39,577 bases of DNA from Octopus bimaculoides. Lineage: Eukaryota. The first letter of the stretch is position 1. Every line of letters begins with the position of its first letter. This document shows positions 12,830-25,059 of the stretch, piece by piece. The position numbers and the translations under genes were made by a program. The notes under the pieces are model-generated. The model did not search any database. It had not been told where the DNA came from and worked only from the letters and a program-made list of their open reading frames with translations. Where the stretch lies: NCBI RefSeq assembly GCF_001194135.2, contig NC_068988.1:35595029-35634605 (forward strand), given 5' to 3'.

Positions 12830-13997
12830 CAAGTAATGTTTTAAGTACAGGTTGGATTGAATCCACTATCCAGGCTTGCAATGTGGTTTAAGAATGCCTC
12901 AATATCTGCATCTATACGATTAATATTACACATTTCATATGATGTCACGTGTGTATGAAGGCATTTATAACTATGTAGTAGAATGTCTTATGTTTCAGGT
13001 TTTATTTCTAACATCCTCTTGAAATTTAACTTGAAATAACTTTTAATTTCCTCAGGTAATTTTCGAAAATGCTGCCTAGCACATTAAGACAATTATTATA
13101 TACATGACTAGAGATATATTACGGTAGATATGTACGTATGTATGCGAAAATAGGTAAACATATGTTTATGCACGTGCATTAGCACGCAGACTCTTTCTGA
13201 CACAAAAGGATATTGAATTATCTATGCAATACTTTTTAGTGGCAAAGTACACACAATAAATCAACTGACAAATACAATACACAAAAATGAATGATAAAAG
13301 TAAGAAACCTTTAACCGTTAACCAATTTCAAATCTGGGGATGATGATTTTACAAGTTACACCGAAATTCCTATGTGGCTCTGCGGTGTGAAATGAAAGCG
13401 CGATATCTAACACGTAACCTGTCATTTCATTCAGAAGGCGAGACCGGGAATATCTTGGAAGTTTAAAGGAATTAAGAACTGTATTGTTCAAAACGACTAA
13501 TAAGCAGATAGGAGACAACTTTTTGCGGTTGTGACTTCGTTATAAGAGATTAGAAAGAATATGTTACGTACACACAGGCACGCAACACATACATATATGC
13601 AGAGAGAGAGGGGGAAGAGAGGGAGGAAAAGAGGTAGAGACGGGAGAGATAATGAGAGACAGAAAGTGACATGGAAAAATAAAGCCTATTCCCTCTATAC
13701 ATATACATATATATATATATGTANNNNNNNNNNNNNNNNNNNNNNNNNNNNNNNNNNNNNNNNNNNNNNNNNNNNNNNNNNNNNNNNNNNNNNNNNNNNN
13801 NNNNNNNNNNNNNNNNNNNNNNNNNNNNNNNNNNNNNNNNNNNNNNNNNNNNNNNNNNNNNNNNNNNNNNNNNNNNNTATATATATGATTGAAAACATTG
13901 GAGTTAACAAGATGGAGTACTGTTGGAGATTTATTTTTTTTAATTACTACAAATGTTTCCACGCAACGTAGTTCTCCAAGCTAACTTAACTTTATGA

Positions 13998-14314
13998 GGT
14001 GAGACACCCTTCGGTCATGAATGGCCATGGGATTGCACCTAGAAAGTTACCCTCCGAGGTACAAGTCCGGGCAAGGTTGTTTTATGGAAGACCAGCAGTC
14101 GCCTGTGCATACCACCCACCGATGTTATCCAAGGAAAAGGCGAAGGCTGATAGAGCTTGTCACCACTGACGTCGCAACTCATTTCTACAGCTGAGTGAAC
14201 TGAAGCAACGTGAAATAAATTGTCTCCCTCAAGAGCACAGCTCGCAGTCCGTTCCGGGAATAGAACTCGCAACCTCACGATCATAAGCGCAACGCTCTAA
14301 ACACTGAGCCATGC
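13998..14314 (-). mobile_element. tRNA-derived SINE
   Basis: Head GCATGGCTCAGTGTTTAGAGCG (A box), GAGTTCTATTCC (B box), then a central domain TTCACTCAGCTGTAGAAATGAG. Confidence 0.8.
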
Positions 14315-14614
14315 ATTGCGATGCATCACAAGAAATGCACATTATATATTAACACGTGCAAACACGCACACTCAGACATAAATATAAACAAATAGGCATG
14401 TATGTATATGCATGTATATCTTAATAGGCGAGGTTAATATTTGCAAGATATATAAGTCTCTAAACTTGGAACCCAACAGTTGACTCCCAACATTTCACTA
14501 TTCTGATGCTGTCCATCTCGTCTATCATGTATCCATTTTACGCAAGGGAAGAGACGAGAGGAAGAAATTATTATCATTAATGTTATTACTGTCGTTGACA
14601 TGGTTGTTATTTAC

Positions 14615-14646
<32 letters not shown>

Positions 14647-16802
14647 GATTATTATTATTATCATCGTTGCTGTTGTTGCTTTTGTTGATGTTGTTGCTGT
14701 TGTTATTTTTATTACTATTGTTATTATTGTACTTGTATTTGGTATTGTTGTTTTCGTTGTTGTAATATGAAGCTTATGCTAGTCATTTCCATCTTTTTTT
14801 TTTTTTGCTGTTGTTGCTTTTTTCATCTTCAACACCACTGTCATTATTCCGCTTTTTTTTTATTATCATCAATTCTCTGTGATCATTATCATCGTCCTTA
14901 GTGCTTTGTAATGAGTCCTTTTTTCGTTACTTTAATACTTTTTTGTTATTCTTCAGTTAGTGTTGTTATCAATAGCCATTCATAACACGTGATAGGTAGC
15001 AACTCTTATCAGTGTCCTTTCTTTTTTTTTTCTTTTTTCATTCTGGTAAAAGTTATTATTTTTTTTGTTTGTTTTTGTTTTAGCTTTATTTTATGTGTTT
15101 GAGAGTATCATACCCTCTCGCAGATTCTCTGCAAATAAAATAATAAATTGACGCCTTTTGTGTCAGTATAGTAATGGACAAAAAATTATAAAATGAAAGA
15201 AATAAATGAAAGTGAAGTGACAACTGACTCTGCACTGAAACTCGCGAATGTAGCTGACCAATCAAAGGATGAGAATGGGAATTAGACCTCAGACATTTGG
15301 CCTTAGTAATCAATAATGTGAAGGACACATTTTCATATTTTATTATATTTTGTATATTATATCTATTTATATCTTTATTTCTTTTTGTTGAGTCTCAATG
15401 TTTTTTTTTCTCTTCTGATGAATGACGTTTGATGGATATTCTATGGAGATAGCATTCTGGTGGAAAAGAAAAGAAAACGAAAAGCTGAAAGAGCAGCTGC
15501 AGCAAAAGCAGCAGCAGTAATATCACCTAGTAACACTAAAGGAAAACAAATGATGCATTCGATAAGTTTTATTCATTGAGCAGTGTTGTTTTTAACAAAG
15601 CAACTAGTCACTTTTATATTATATTTATGTGTATTTCTTCACTTAATACTATCACAATCTTCCTCCGCAGAGGAAATCGCTGCCAATATTAACATTAACG
15701 CCATTAACATTATCAATACAAACACAACCACTGTCAAGTTTCATCGATATGAAAAAAGCTTCTACGAGGAAGCTCTAACAGTTAGAAATAGCAACCCTCT
15801 TAAACCAAACAGCTGTGTTGAGAAATGGAGTGACAGATTGGATAATGCAGACCTAAATGTACAATCTCTGAATAAAAGATGGATTAGTCACACCTAATGG
15901 GTCTTTGACTGTAGGTCTGCAAAGTTAAGGTCGACATAATGCTAAAAAACAACAAAAGTAACAAAAATAACAACACTACCGATGGCTAGCCACTTCATCG
16001 TATATTTTTCTGTTATGAATACTTCAAAGGTTACTAAGATTTTAGCAATGAAACACTTCCATTGTTTTAATATATTTTTATTGCAGAAATTTTCTGTTTA
16101 ATATATAGAGGTGGCAGGGACAGTTCATGCATAATTAGGGAGGCGATTGCTATATTATGTTACATGATTAATTACGGTACCACAAGCGAAAGTGTTCAAT
16201 GCTGTGAAGAGTAGAAGAGGGAATACAACTATGTGCATCAAACCTACTAGTGACATAACCAACAACACTACAGCAAGAATTAGAATCGAAAATGATAACT
16301 ATACTAGATGGAATACAAAAAAAGCATGACCATAGTCAAAGAATGCCACCACCTTCTTCGTGACCACAAAAATCTGAACCCGAAGACATTGTATAGAATT
16401 AGCAATTCATCACACTCTACCATTCTTGTGTATAAGAAAACAAATAACATCTATACATACATATACATGTATATATATATATATATNNNNNNNNNNNNNN
16501 NNNNNNNNNNNNNNNNNNNNNNNNNNNNNNNNNNNNNNNNNNNNNNNNNNNNNNNNNNNNNNNNNNNNNNNNNNNNNNNNNNNNNNNNNNNNNNNNNNNN
16601 NNNNNNNNNNNNNNNNNNNNNNNNNNNNNNNNNNNNNNNNNNNNNNNNNNNNNNNNNNNNNNNNNNNNNNNNNNNNNNNNNNNNNNNNNNNNNNNNNNNN
16701 NNNNNNNNNNNNNNNNNNNNNNNNNNNNNNNNNNNNNNNNNNNNNNNNNNNNNNNNNNNNNNNNNNNNNNNNNNNNNNNNNNNNNNNNNNNNNNNNNNNN
16801 NN

Positions 16803-16838
<36 letters not shown>

Positions 16839-17155
16839 TGCATGCATAATTTATAAAACTAAATTTGAGATAAAGATATTATCTTGATAGTAATTACAAT
16901 TTCAGTGTACTTAGTTTTAATATAAATTATCTGTCTATAAATAGTATCTGGTAATATTTAGGCTTTGCATTGTTTACAATGTTTATATTGACCGCATATT
17001 TACGCAACACTATTATATGACGATTAACTACCAGTTTTAATACGTCATATTTTTTTATTGTCTTCAGTATTTTTAATAAACACATGAACCCTCTGCCGCA
17101 CTATCTTTCTGTACTCATTTTCTCTTTCTCTCCCTTTAATCTCTCTCTCTCTCTA

Positions 17156-17191
<36 letters not shown>

Positions 17192-17739
17192 GCATCATAA
17201 CATCTATTTCGCCCTAACTACCACACCAACATCAATAAAATCCATCATATATTACATATGCATGTGCACAAATATATCAAACGTATTTATTCATATGTGT
17301 ATATATATGAAAATAACGGATTTCTTAAATAACACGCACATTTTAAAATGAGTCTTTCGTAGGTCAACGAACACAAAGAAATGTAACTCCCTTTCAGGAA
17401 AATTCTTCCCAGATGAAATACCTACTTAACCAGCTTCAATATAAAAATTTGAATTAATTTAATTCAATTTCTGTAATTGAAATAACTGGATATGTAAACG
17501 GCTGTAGGACAGGAATTTCCTCATATGGAATAAACTGATGTCTGCATGTCAATTTCTCAATTTTCTCGCTTTTCTCAGTCATAGATATTTCAAATACTTA
17601 TATATATATATATATATATCAATGTATAACTAATATATTTAGTTTTCACTGAACACTGGTATAAACTGGAGAACTAGGATGCTAGCATCTCGTAAAGTCC
17701 TTGACACAGTTATACACATATATACATACACACATGTGT

Positions 17740-17778
<39 letters not shown>

Positions 17779-18837
17779 TGCACGCACATATCAGTTCACG
17801 AGAAACGTTTTGTATATGCAAATAAAGCACCTATTGTATTATGCCCGCCACCGATTAGTGATGTTCACTAGTGTGCCAGCTTTTCGGCGTTTTAGCAAGT
17901 TGTGTCGATATAATGTAGGATAAATATAATAACAATAATCCTTGGATGAAATTTATTAACGTTTAATGCATAGCTACGCGCTGTTACCACAAATCACGAG
18001 TCTTAAGATCGCAGTGCATATTCCTGAGATGATTACAGTGTAGACCGTAGTATCCATTGATTCATTTCTTCAGCCTAAAAAAATGCTGCACCATTTAACG
18101 GAACATCACGAGTATTCAACCTGTGCCAAGAAGGGATCCTAGAAGTAATTACATCCAGTGAACATGTAATAAATAGGTACTCTGATGTCATCGTATCATG
18201 TAACCATAAAAACAGAAATATTATTTCTGGAGTTTGAAATATATATTTTGAAACGAAATAACACGTTAATAGAATAGCGAAGGGGCCCAAACAAAGAAAC
18301 AAACCAACCAACAGAAACAATGATAAGGTTAAAGATTACGATTAGAAAGTAGCATTTATGAATTGACTTCAGAAACCCTAGCAGTGCTCAATGACCTGTT
18401 GAGACGAAAATTTATTGAAGATAGCCATGCCTTAAATGAAATCAAACAGAATAATTTATTACTCATCCTTGATATCTGCTGAATGAATTGCAAGATAAAA
18501 CAACCACCACAATACACACCTCCATCCCCATATAACTACCATTCTTTCTTCTATTTCCATCGTATCCCCTCCTCTTCACAAAAAAAAAACATGCAGAAAT
18601 AGTCCCAGAACTCGCTTGACTTTTCTGTTGTATATCAACTAATGCTATATCGCCTGAAGAAAAGAATCAATGATGATAATCAACTGGATGCCCACGGATA
18701 TTACAGACTAACATGTAATCATCTAAGGAATGCAGGCGGTGAATTTAAGAGTCATGTGATGTGTAGAAATGTTCCTAGCGATGCATTAAACATTAATACA
18801 TTCCATCCAAGAATTATTGTTATTATCATCATCATCG

Positions 18838-18937
<100 letters not shown>

Positions 18938-18967
18938 CGTTATTATCATCATTATTACTATTATTAA

Positions 18968-19944
18968 TTAGTAGTCTTATTTTCATTACGTGCTTTCACT
19001 ACCTAGCGCATATCTGTGTGCCTTAGGTATGTGCTGTGGTTTGCTGTGAGGCTCTTATGGTTACTGTATTGAAAGTATTTTGCGTAGGATGTGTGGAGTT
19101 TCTGTTAGTGCTATTTTCTATATGCTATATTTATATATTTGTTAGCCCTGGTGTTTTTGTTATGTATTTGTCTGAATATCTTTTTTCGTATCTAATGCGC
19201 CCAATATGATAGGAATTATTTCTGTTTTTAGACTCTACACTCGAGTTACCTTTATTTCCAGGTCTTTCTATTTTGAAAGTTTCTCCATTTCTTTTAAAGA
19301 AAATTTGCCATCTGTTGGTATTGATACATGAATTAGAAAGCATTTTTTCTTCGTGATCTCTGACAGCTATATCTGGCTTATTGACCTTATTTTCTCTATC
19401 TGTGTGTATTGGCATATCCCAGAGTATGGTTGCTTTCTCGTTTTCTGTGACCTTTTCTGGCGTGTGCCTATACCATCTTTTTACTGTTTTTATTCAATAG
19501 TGTTGGCATAGATTCCAGTGTATTCAGGTTTCAACTCACTGTCTGTGAATATGTCCCTTCTTAGCCAGGACTAGGCAGCCAGCGACAATATGATTTATTG
19601 TTTCTCGTCCATCTCCACATATTCTGCAGTTACTTGTTATGTGTCTTTTCATTATATGTTTTTGGTAATTTCTGGTGGGGAGGCTTTGGTCTTGTGCTGC
19701 AATTAAAAGTCCTTCGGTCTCTGTTATGTGTCCTGAGTTTCTCAGGCATTGCCGGGATTTTGCTTTTCTATTTCTTTTGCGTTTTGTCCAGCCCAGTATT
19801 TGCCATGAAGGGGCTTTTTTTGCTATCGTTTTATCATGATCCATTGCTGTTCCAGTCTTAGTTTGGATTTCATTTGTTTTACAGTTTTTGTTATTTCTTC
19901 TTTTTCTTCATAGTTGTTAGGTAGTATGACTTCTTGTTTGTTTC
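18968..19944 (-). mobile_element. R4/Dong-like LINE 3' part, subfamily A (older copy)
   Basis: ETEGLLIAAQDQSLPTRNY, CRICGDGRETINHIVAGC, NKPDIAVRD; subfamily A 3' UTR followed by (AAT)n/(GAT)n at 18815-18967. Confidence 0.93.
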
Positions 19945-22900
19945 ATTATAAATTTATCTCAGCTGCCTTAGTACCGGGCATACTCTGGAGGCCAAGAATA
20001 ACAAGAGCACTTTGTTTTGCTATTCATGCTAAAATTATCACCAAATTTATTCCCTTTTATATGGAGAGTGCTTTCCGTAGGATATGGGCGGTACCAATCA
20101 AGGTTATATTTTGTAGTTCACTGAGATTGGAGTTACCAGGGGGTTGCTTAATATACTACTCAGCTCCCTTTTTTATCATTCCCAATGCACCAATTACTAC
20201 TGGTATTAACGTAGTACTAAGCTTCCACATTTTTCTGATTTCACTTTGCAGATCTTTATGAGAAAGCTTTGCGTATTGTTTTCTTGGGACATTTTGATCT
20301 TGTGGGACAGACACATCTATAAACGGATAAGTTACTCTGTTGTAATCCTTGATCACGATTTCTGGTCGATTTGAGTCAATTTTTTTGTCTGTTTGTATTG
20401 GGAAGTTCCAAAGGATACTGACGCCCTCGCCATTTGCTACATCCTCTGGATGGTGGCAGTACCACTTATTGTGGGATTTATTTTACAAGTATTCTAGTGG
20501 ATGTACTGCCCTAGTCATTCATGTCTTATGAGGTACTCTTTTTCAGGGAGGACTGGGCAGCCAGAAACAACATGATCAATTGTCTCTGTGAAATTTCCGC
20601 AAAGTCTGCACGAGGAGTCAGATCCGTCTTTAAGGACCTTTGCTTGGTAGTTTCTGGCAGGTAAGCTCTGCTCTTGCACTGCAATAACAAAACTTTGTTT
20701 TCCCTTCCAGGTCTGTGCCTTGTAGCCATCGGTGTGATAGATGTTTATCAATATCTGAGTTGGACGGGCGGCAAGGGTATTTTCCATGCTGGAGTTTGCC
20801 TTTCCACTTGTCTTTGATATGATTCATGCAAGCCTTCTTTGCTTTTTGTTTGATGATTCTTTTTGCATCAGTGATAGGTTTTTCACTATTTCGATCTAGT
20901 TAGTCTTTCTGATTGTTAATTTGTAAATCAAGAGAAGCAATGGTAGGTCTGTCAGTATTTGGGTTACTTTGCTCATTCTTGTTGTTAACTTGTAGACCAA
21001 GAAACTTTTAAAATTTTTGACTAAACTTCATGATTGAAGCTTACTTGGAATTTTCATGCTTTAGAGCAGTTCTTAAGAGCACATCACTTGTATTAAGGTA
21101 CGTTTCAAAGTCTATTCTTGCAGATTTCAAGAATTCTTCGAGCTTTATCAGGCTTTCTCTACCTACTTTCTTGTGTGATAAATCCTGTCAACATCTGATT
21201 TTGGATGGTGCATTCGGTACCTTGCAAGGATTTTATGGATCTTTCCATCCATATTCTGCGTATCAGTGAGACTCGACTTAAGGATGCCAAAGCTATATGC
21301 GGTTACTGGTATGGCCAAAGAATTGATCGCATTAATTCTGTTAACAGCATTTAATCCTGAGTTTAGGACCATTCTTACCCCTCCGTTGCATTCCTTGCGA
21401 ATTTTCTCTTTCATTTTAGAGTGTTGGATACCATCACCTTCATTTGTTCCCAGATATTTGTATACTTCAGATTAATCTAGATTTCGAACAGCTGTGGTAG
21501 TATCAAGTTCTATATTTTCTGCCTTTATGAACTTCTCAGCCTTGAAAGTAGCCTTTGCACATTCATGAAGTACGAATTCCAAACCTATATCAGAGCTGAA
21601 CTATTTGACAATATTCAGAAGCTCTTCTAATTCTTTGTCGTATTTGGCAAACAGTTTTAGATCATCCAGAAGGAGTAGCAGATTACGTTTCTGTTAAGAA
21701 CATTATACACTCTCTTAGCATTATTCAGTTTCGTGTACAATGGGAAGAGAGCGAGGCAGAATGATAATGATGATAATGAGTCAACTTGAAAGATACCACA
21801 GGTGATATTGATGTCTGGTGAGGTGGTATATATATCCTTGTGTATGGTTGAAAATGAGGGTGGTTCTCCACGATTTCATGACTACTTTTAAAATGTTCAC
21901 AATTGTTGAAGCTACCTTATAAATTTCCAGGGCTTTGATGTTCAATACATGGGAGACGCTGTCAGAAGCCTTCTTGTAATTTATTGAAGCGGTGTTAAAG
22001 TTTCTGCGTTTGGATTTGCAATTTTCAATGACCATTTTATCAATCAGTGATTGGTCCATACATCCATATGAGCTCCTTTTACATCCGTTTTGTACAATTG
22101 GGAATAACTTGCTGTTGCCCAAGAATTCATATGCTCTATTCGCTATTATAGATGTTAACAGTTTATATACGGTGGTAAGACATGTTATGGGTGAGTATTT
22201 TGTGGGGTTAGTAGTTTCTTTTGTTTGTGGTAAGAGATGTGTAATCCCTTAGGTAAGCCACTTTGGGGATTTAGCAAGGTTGGACATGACTTCATTGAGT
22301 GATACGGCTAAATTGTGGTGAGTGTTAATTAAAGAGTTTAGCCAGAAATTTGGAATCTTACCAATACCTGAAGATTTCCATTTTATTCACTTGGCGAGCG
22401 CTGCTTTCACTTCTTCCGTTGTTATATCCTGCCATTCTTGATATTTTAGGTGGGTATTGACCTCTTCAATGTCTCTGAACGAACGTGCATTCTGATTAAA
22501 CGCCTTTGGATTAGTCCAAATGTCTTTCACAATATTTTAAGTTTGCTACTGGAGAGGGGAAGCTTTCACTATAATGGTATTTCCCCCAGTTCCCTGTAGA
22601 ATTCTTTTGCGTTCTCCTTGAAGAATATGTTTTGTCTATGGAATGCTGAGCGTTTTTTGTATCTTGGCAGTCGTTTGGCTTTTAAGTATAGCTTTTGTTT
22701 GAGGATTTCAATCTGTGTATCCTTTGTTTTCTTGTAAAGGTCATGTTTAGCAATTATTCTTATTAGTTTGTTGGATGTAATAGTTTTCCCTTTGCTCGCT
22801 TCAAGTAGAAAAGATTTATCTACTCTTAGTTGGATTATTTGCCGGTTTATTCTTTCCATCCATGCATGATGTTTCTATACATTCCTCTTTTTTGTGTATC

Positions 22901-23144
22901 CTTAATTTTAATACCGCATCTCTGAGTTGCAACATAAGCAGCTGAGTAAATGATTTCATCAATCACTTCGAGAGCATTTTCTCTACTATTCTCAAGTTGT
23001 ATCAGCTTCCCAAGTGATTGATCAACTTCTTTGATTACTTGTCTGTTCTTATTAGTATTAATAATTTCAGGAAGTGGGGCTCTTTCGTGGAAAGGTTGAT
23101 ATAGTTTTATTAGATATTGTTCTAGTATTCCATCTAAAAGTTCA

Positions 23145-23145
<1 letters not shown>
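19945..23145 (-). mobile_element. Longest R4/Dong-like LINE (~3.2 kb: N-terminal region, RT, CCHC, RLE, 3' UTR), inactivated
   Basis: LKQKLYLKAKRLPRY..QN..F..N..FYREL; GCKRSSYGCMDQ..NYKKASDSV; LDDLKLFAK; YKYLG; HHPKSDVDR; CRLCGNFTETIDHVVSGC; LIPVVIGALG..TAHILRKALSI* (stop 20057-20059). Many stops and frameshifts. Confidence 0.95.
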
Positions 23146-23202
<57 letters not shown>

Positions 23203-23212
23203 TAATAATAGC

Positions 23213-23269
<57 letters not shown>
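23146..23269. repeat. (TTA)n followed by (AAT)n: fold-back microsatellite
   Basis: Arms are reverse complements and meet near 23201. Confidence 0.95.
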
Positions 23270-23475
23270 CTGAATTCTTTAAATGAAATTATGAAAAAAG
23301 CAGTGGAAAAAAGTACCTGGAATAGCCCTGTGATATCCTTTTCAGTTATTACAAAAGCTAACCTGAGACATCAAAGCCCAAACTCCAAAGACTGCCTTGC
23401 TGTCAGCCCCAATGAATTTCATGGAAAAACATTCCAGCAGGCTTTTAAAAGAAAAAAAAAAGACATCAGTTTGCA

Positions 23476-23901
23476 ATGGAGCTGACCACACGAAATGCGA
23501 ATGCTAAAATTGATGCAAATATCAGAAAGAGAAATTATGAAAGGCTGGTTGAAGTCATGCAAGAAAGACTGCCAAATACTGATAGATCAAAAGTAGATGA
23601 CCTCATTAGAGAAGAAAGTTGTCATAAAAATGGGCTTGGTGGTTTGACTATCAGAGAAATTGTTCTAAAAGCAAAGTCAATACTTCAAGAGAAAAATAAG
23701 ATATTTGCAAATGTGGTTAACACTGATTGCCTATGTGCCTTATGTGTTGAAGAAGTGAAGTTGAAAGCTCAGAAGCAGCTGTACTGTGGCCATAATTTCC
23801 ATGATGAGTGCATCATGGCTTGGGTGCATCGGTATGAAAGATCTTGTCCGACTTGTGGACAGTTTGTATTGTTTCCTGAAGAATTTCCTAAACTTTTTTG
23901 A
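23476..23901 (+). CDS. DZIP3/TTC3-like C-terminal helical domain plus RING-H2 E3 ligase domain (141 aa, intronless; gene, last exon or retrocopy)
   Basis: C-x2-C-x13-C-x-H-x2-H-x2-C-x11-C-x2-C with all 8 ligands and the conserved W. Ends FVLFPEEFPKL, resembling the DZIP3 HVLLPEEFP terminus. Upstream NYERLVEVMQERLP..GLGGLTIREIV resembles the TTC3/DZIP3 pre-RING helical region. Confidence 0.8.
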   Translation: MELTTRNANAKIDANIRKRNYERLVEVMQERLPNTDRSKVDDLIREESCHKNGLGGLTIREIVLKAKSILQEKNKIFANVVNTDCLCALCVEEVKLKAQKQLYCGHNFHDECIMAWVHRYERSCPTCGQFVLFPEEFPKLF

Positions 23902-23961
23902 GTTTACATTATTTACATTATTTACAATTCACGGATATTTGTCCTCATCTTGTTTGTTGTT

Positions 23962-24007
23962 GACACAACGTTTCGGTTGATATACACTCCAGCCTTCATC
24001 AGGTGTC
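23962..24007 (-). ncRNA. Minimal type-I hammerhead ribozyme motif (PLE-type)
   Basis: GACAC-CUGAUGA-A-GGCUGG-AGUGUAUA-UCAACC-GAAA-CG-UU-GUGUC: 5-bp stem I, intact core, stem II with one mismatch, loopless ACGU stem III, GUU cleavage triplet. Confidence 0.85.
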
Positions 24008-24084
24008 TTGGGGGGAAATTTCAAACCCGGGTTCTCATTCCTAAAGTATTTTTCGATGTTGTTATTATTATTATTATTATTATT

Positions 24085-24251
24085 GTTCAGTAGTTTTATT
24101 TTTATAACGTGCTTTCACTTCACTACCGAGCGCAGCTCTGTGCGCCTTGGGTATGTGCTGTGGTTTGCTGTGGTGCTCTTATGTTTACTGTATTGAAAGT
24201 GCTTTGCGTAGAATGTGTGTAGTACCCAGTAGTGCAATTTTCTGTATGTTA

Positions 24252-24255
<4 letters not shown>
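24085..24255 (-). mobile_element. Very short R4/Dong-like LINE 3' end, subfamily A
   Basis: NIQKIALLGTTHILRKALSIQ* plus a 3' UTR nearly identical to 10525-10630; (TAT)n on both sides. Confidence 0.93.
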
Positions 24256-24306
<51 letters not shown>

Positions 24307-24819
24307 ATTCACTGCCTGGAATCGAACTCGGAATCTTGGGGCTACTAGCCCGTTCTCTTAACCATTACGCCATATATAGAACTGTTTGTTGAGTTTGTTT
24401 TGTAAGCTGTACGCTGCTTGTGGGCAGGCTTTACTTCACATTAATCTAGAGGCTTTATCTTGCTTATACTTTAAAACGGTATTGTTCCTGTTGAGTACGA
24501 TATTTTAACACCATAACTCGCTTGCTCCCTTTTGCTATCTCTGTTTCAGTGTCTTCGACAATTATTACTCGAGCTGAAACTGTTACATTAGCAACTTAAT
24601 ATAAGACTAATTCTTGGTAGTCTTAAGTTTTGCTTTATAATTCCATCTGAGCGTTTTGTTTTTGGGCTTTTTTCTCTCAGCTGAAAGACGAGAGCGCCAC
24701 TGCCTGTACTTGTTATTTCTCAAACATTTTCTCTTTATCATTGTTATTTTTCAATGATAGTTAAGCTTTCAGCTAAAGGTTAGCTGAATGTAGTTATCGA
24801 AAAGTTTTGGCTTGCTACC

Positions 24820-24921
24820 AACTAGATATTTATAACTTTCTCCTCCTTTCAATGATTTTAATGTCTGACCATCTGGTAATTGGATGTCTCCGCATTTCAC
24901 TACCTGTCACCTTCTCATGAC

Positions 24922-24922
<1 letters not shown>
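24820..24922 (-). mobile_element. Small R4/Dong-like thumb-region fragment
   Basis: VKCGDIQLPDGQTLKSLKGGESYKYL; adjacent (TAT)n. Confidence 0.6.
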
Positions 24923-24993
<71 letters not shown>

Positions 24994-25059
24994 CATTATT
25001 AGCTACAAGGTAATCATGGACTGGACATGAAAAGAACTGTTTACAATGTGGGTGTGGGG

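Larger units (their letters stand above)
23903..24375 (-). mobile_element. Putative tRNA-headed SINE with internal (AAT)n and hammerhead tail, interrupted by a Dong fragment
   Basis: Head 24375-24304 with A box TGGCGTAATGGTT and B box GAGTTCGATTCC, then (AAT)n, inserted Dong 3' end, (AAT)n, and tail 24060-23903 containing a hammerhead. Joining head and tail into one element is inference. Confidence 0.65.

Noticed and set aside
15583-15897. 104-aa ORF with a signal-peptide-like N-terminus and a KR site (neuropeptide-like)
   Set aside because: Starts at GTG, the middle is AAC/ATT low complexity, and the 3' half resembles repeat sequence (compare TTTGGCTGCTATTTCTAGCA near 34780); no supporting homology recognised.
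24304-24375. tRNA gene
   Set aside because: Has A and B boxes but no complete acceptor-stem cloverleaf, and runs into (AAT)n; treated as a SINE head.
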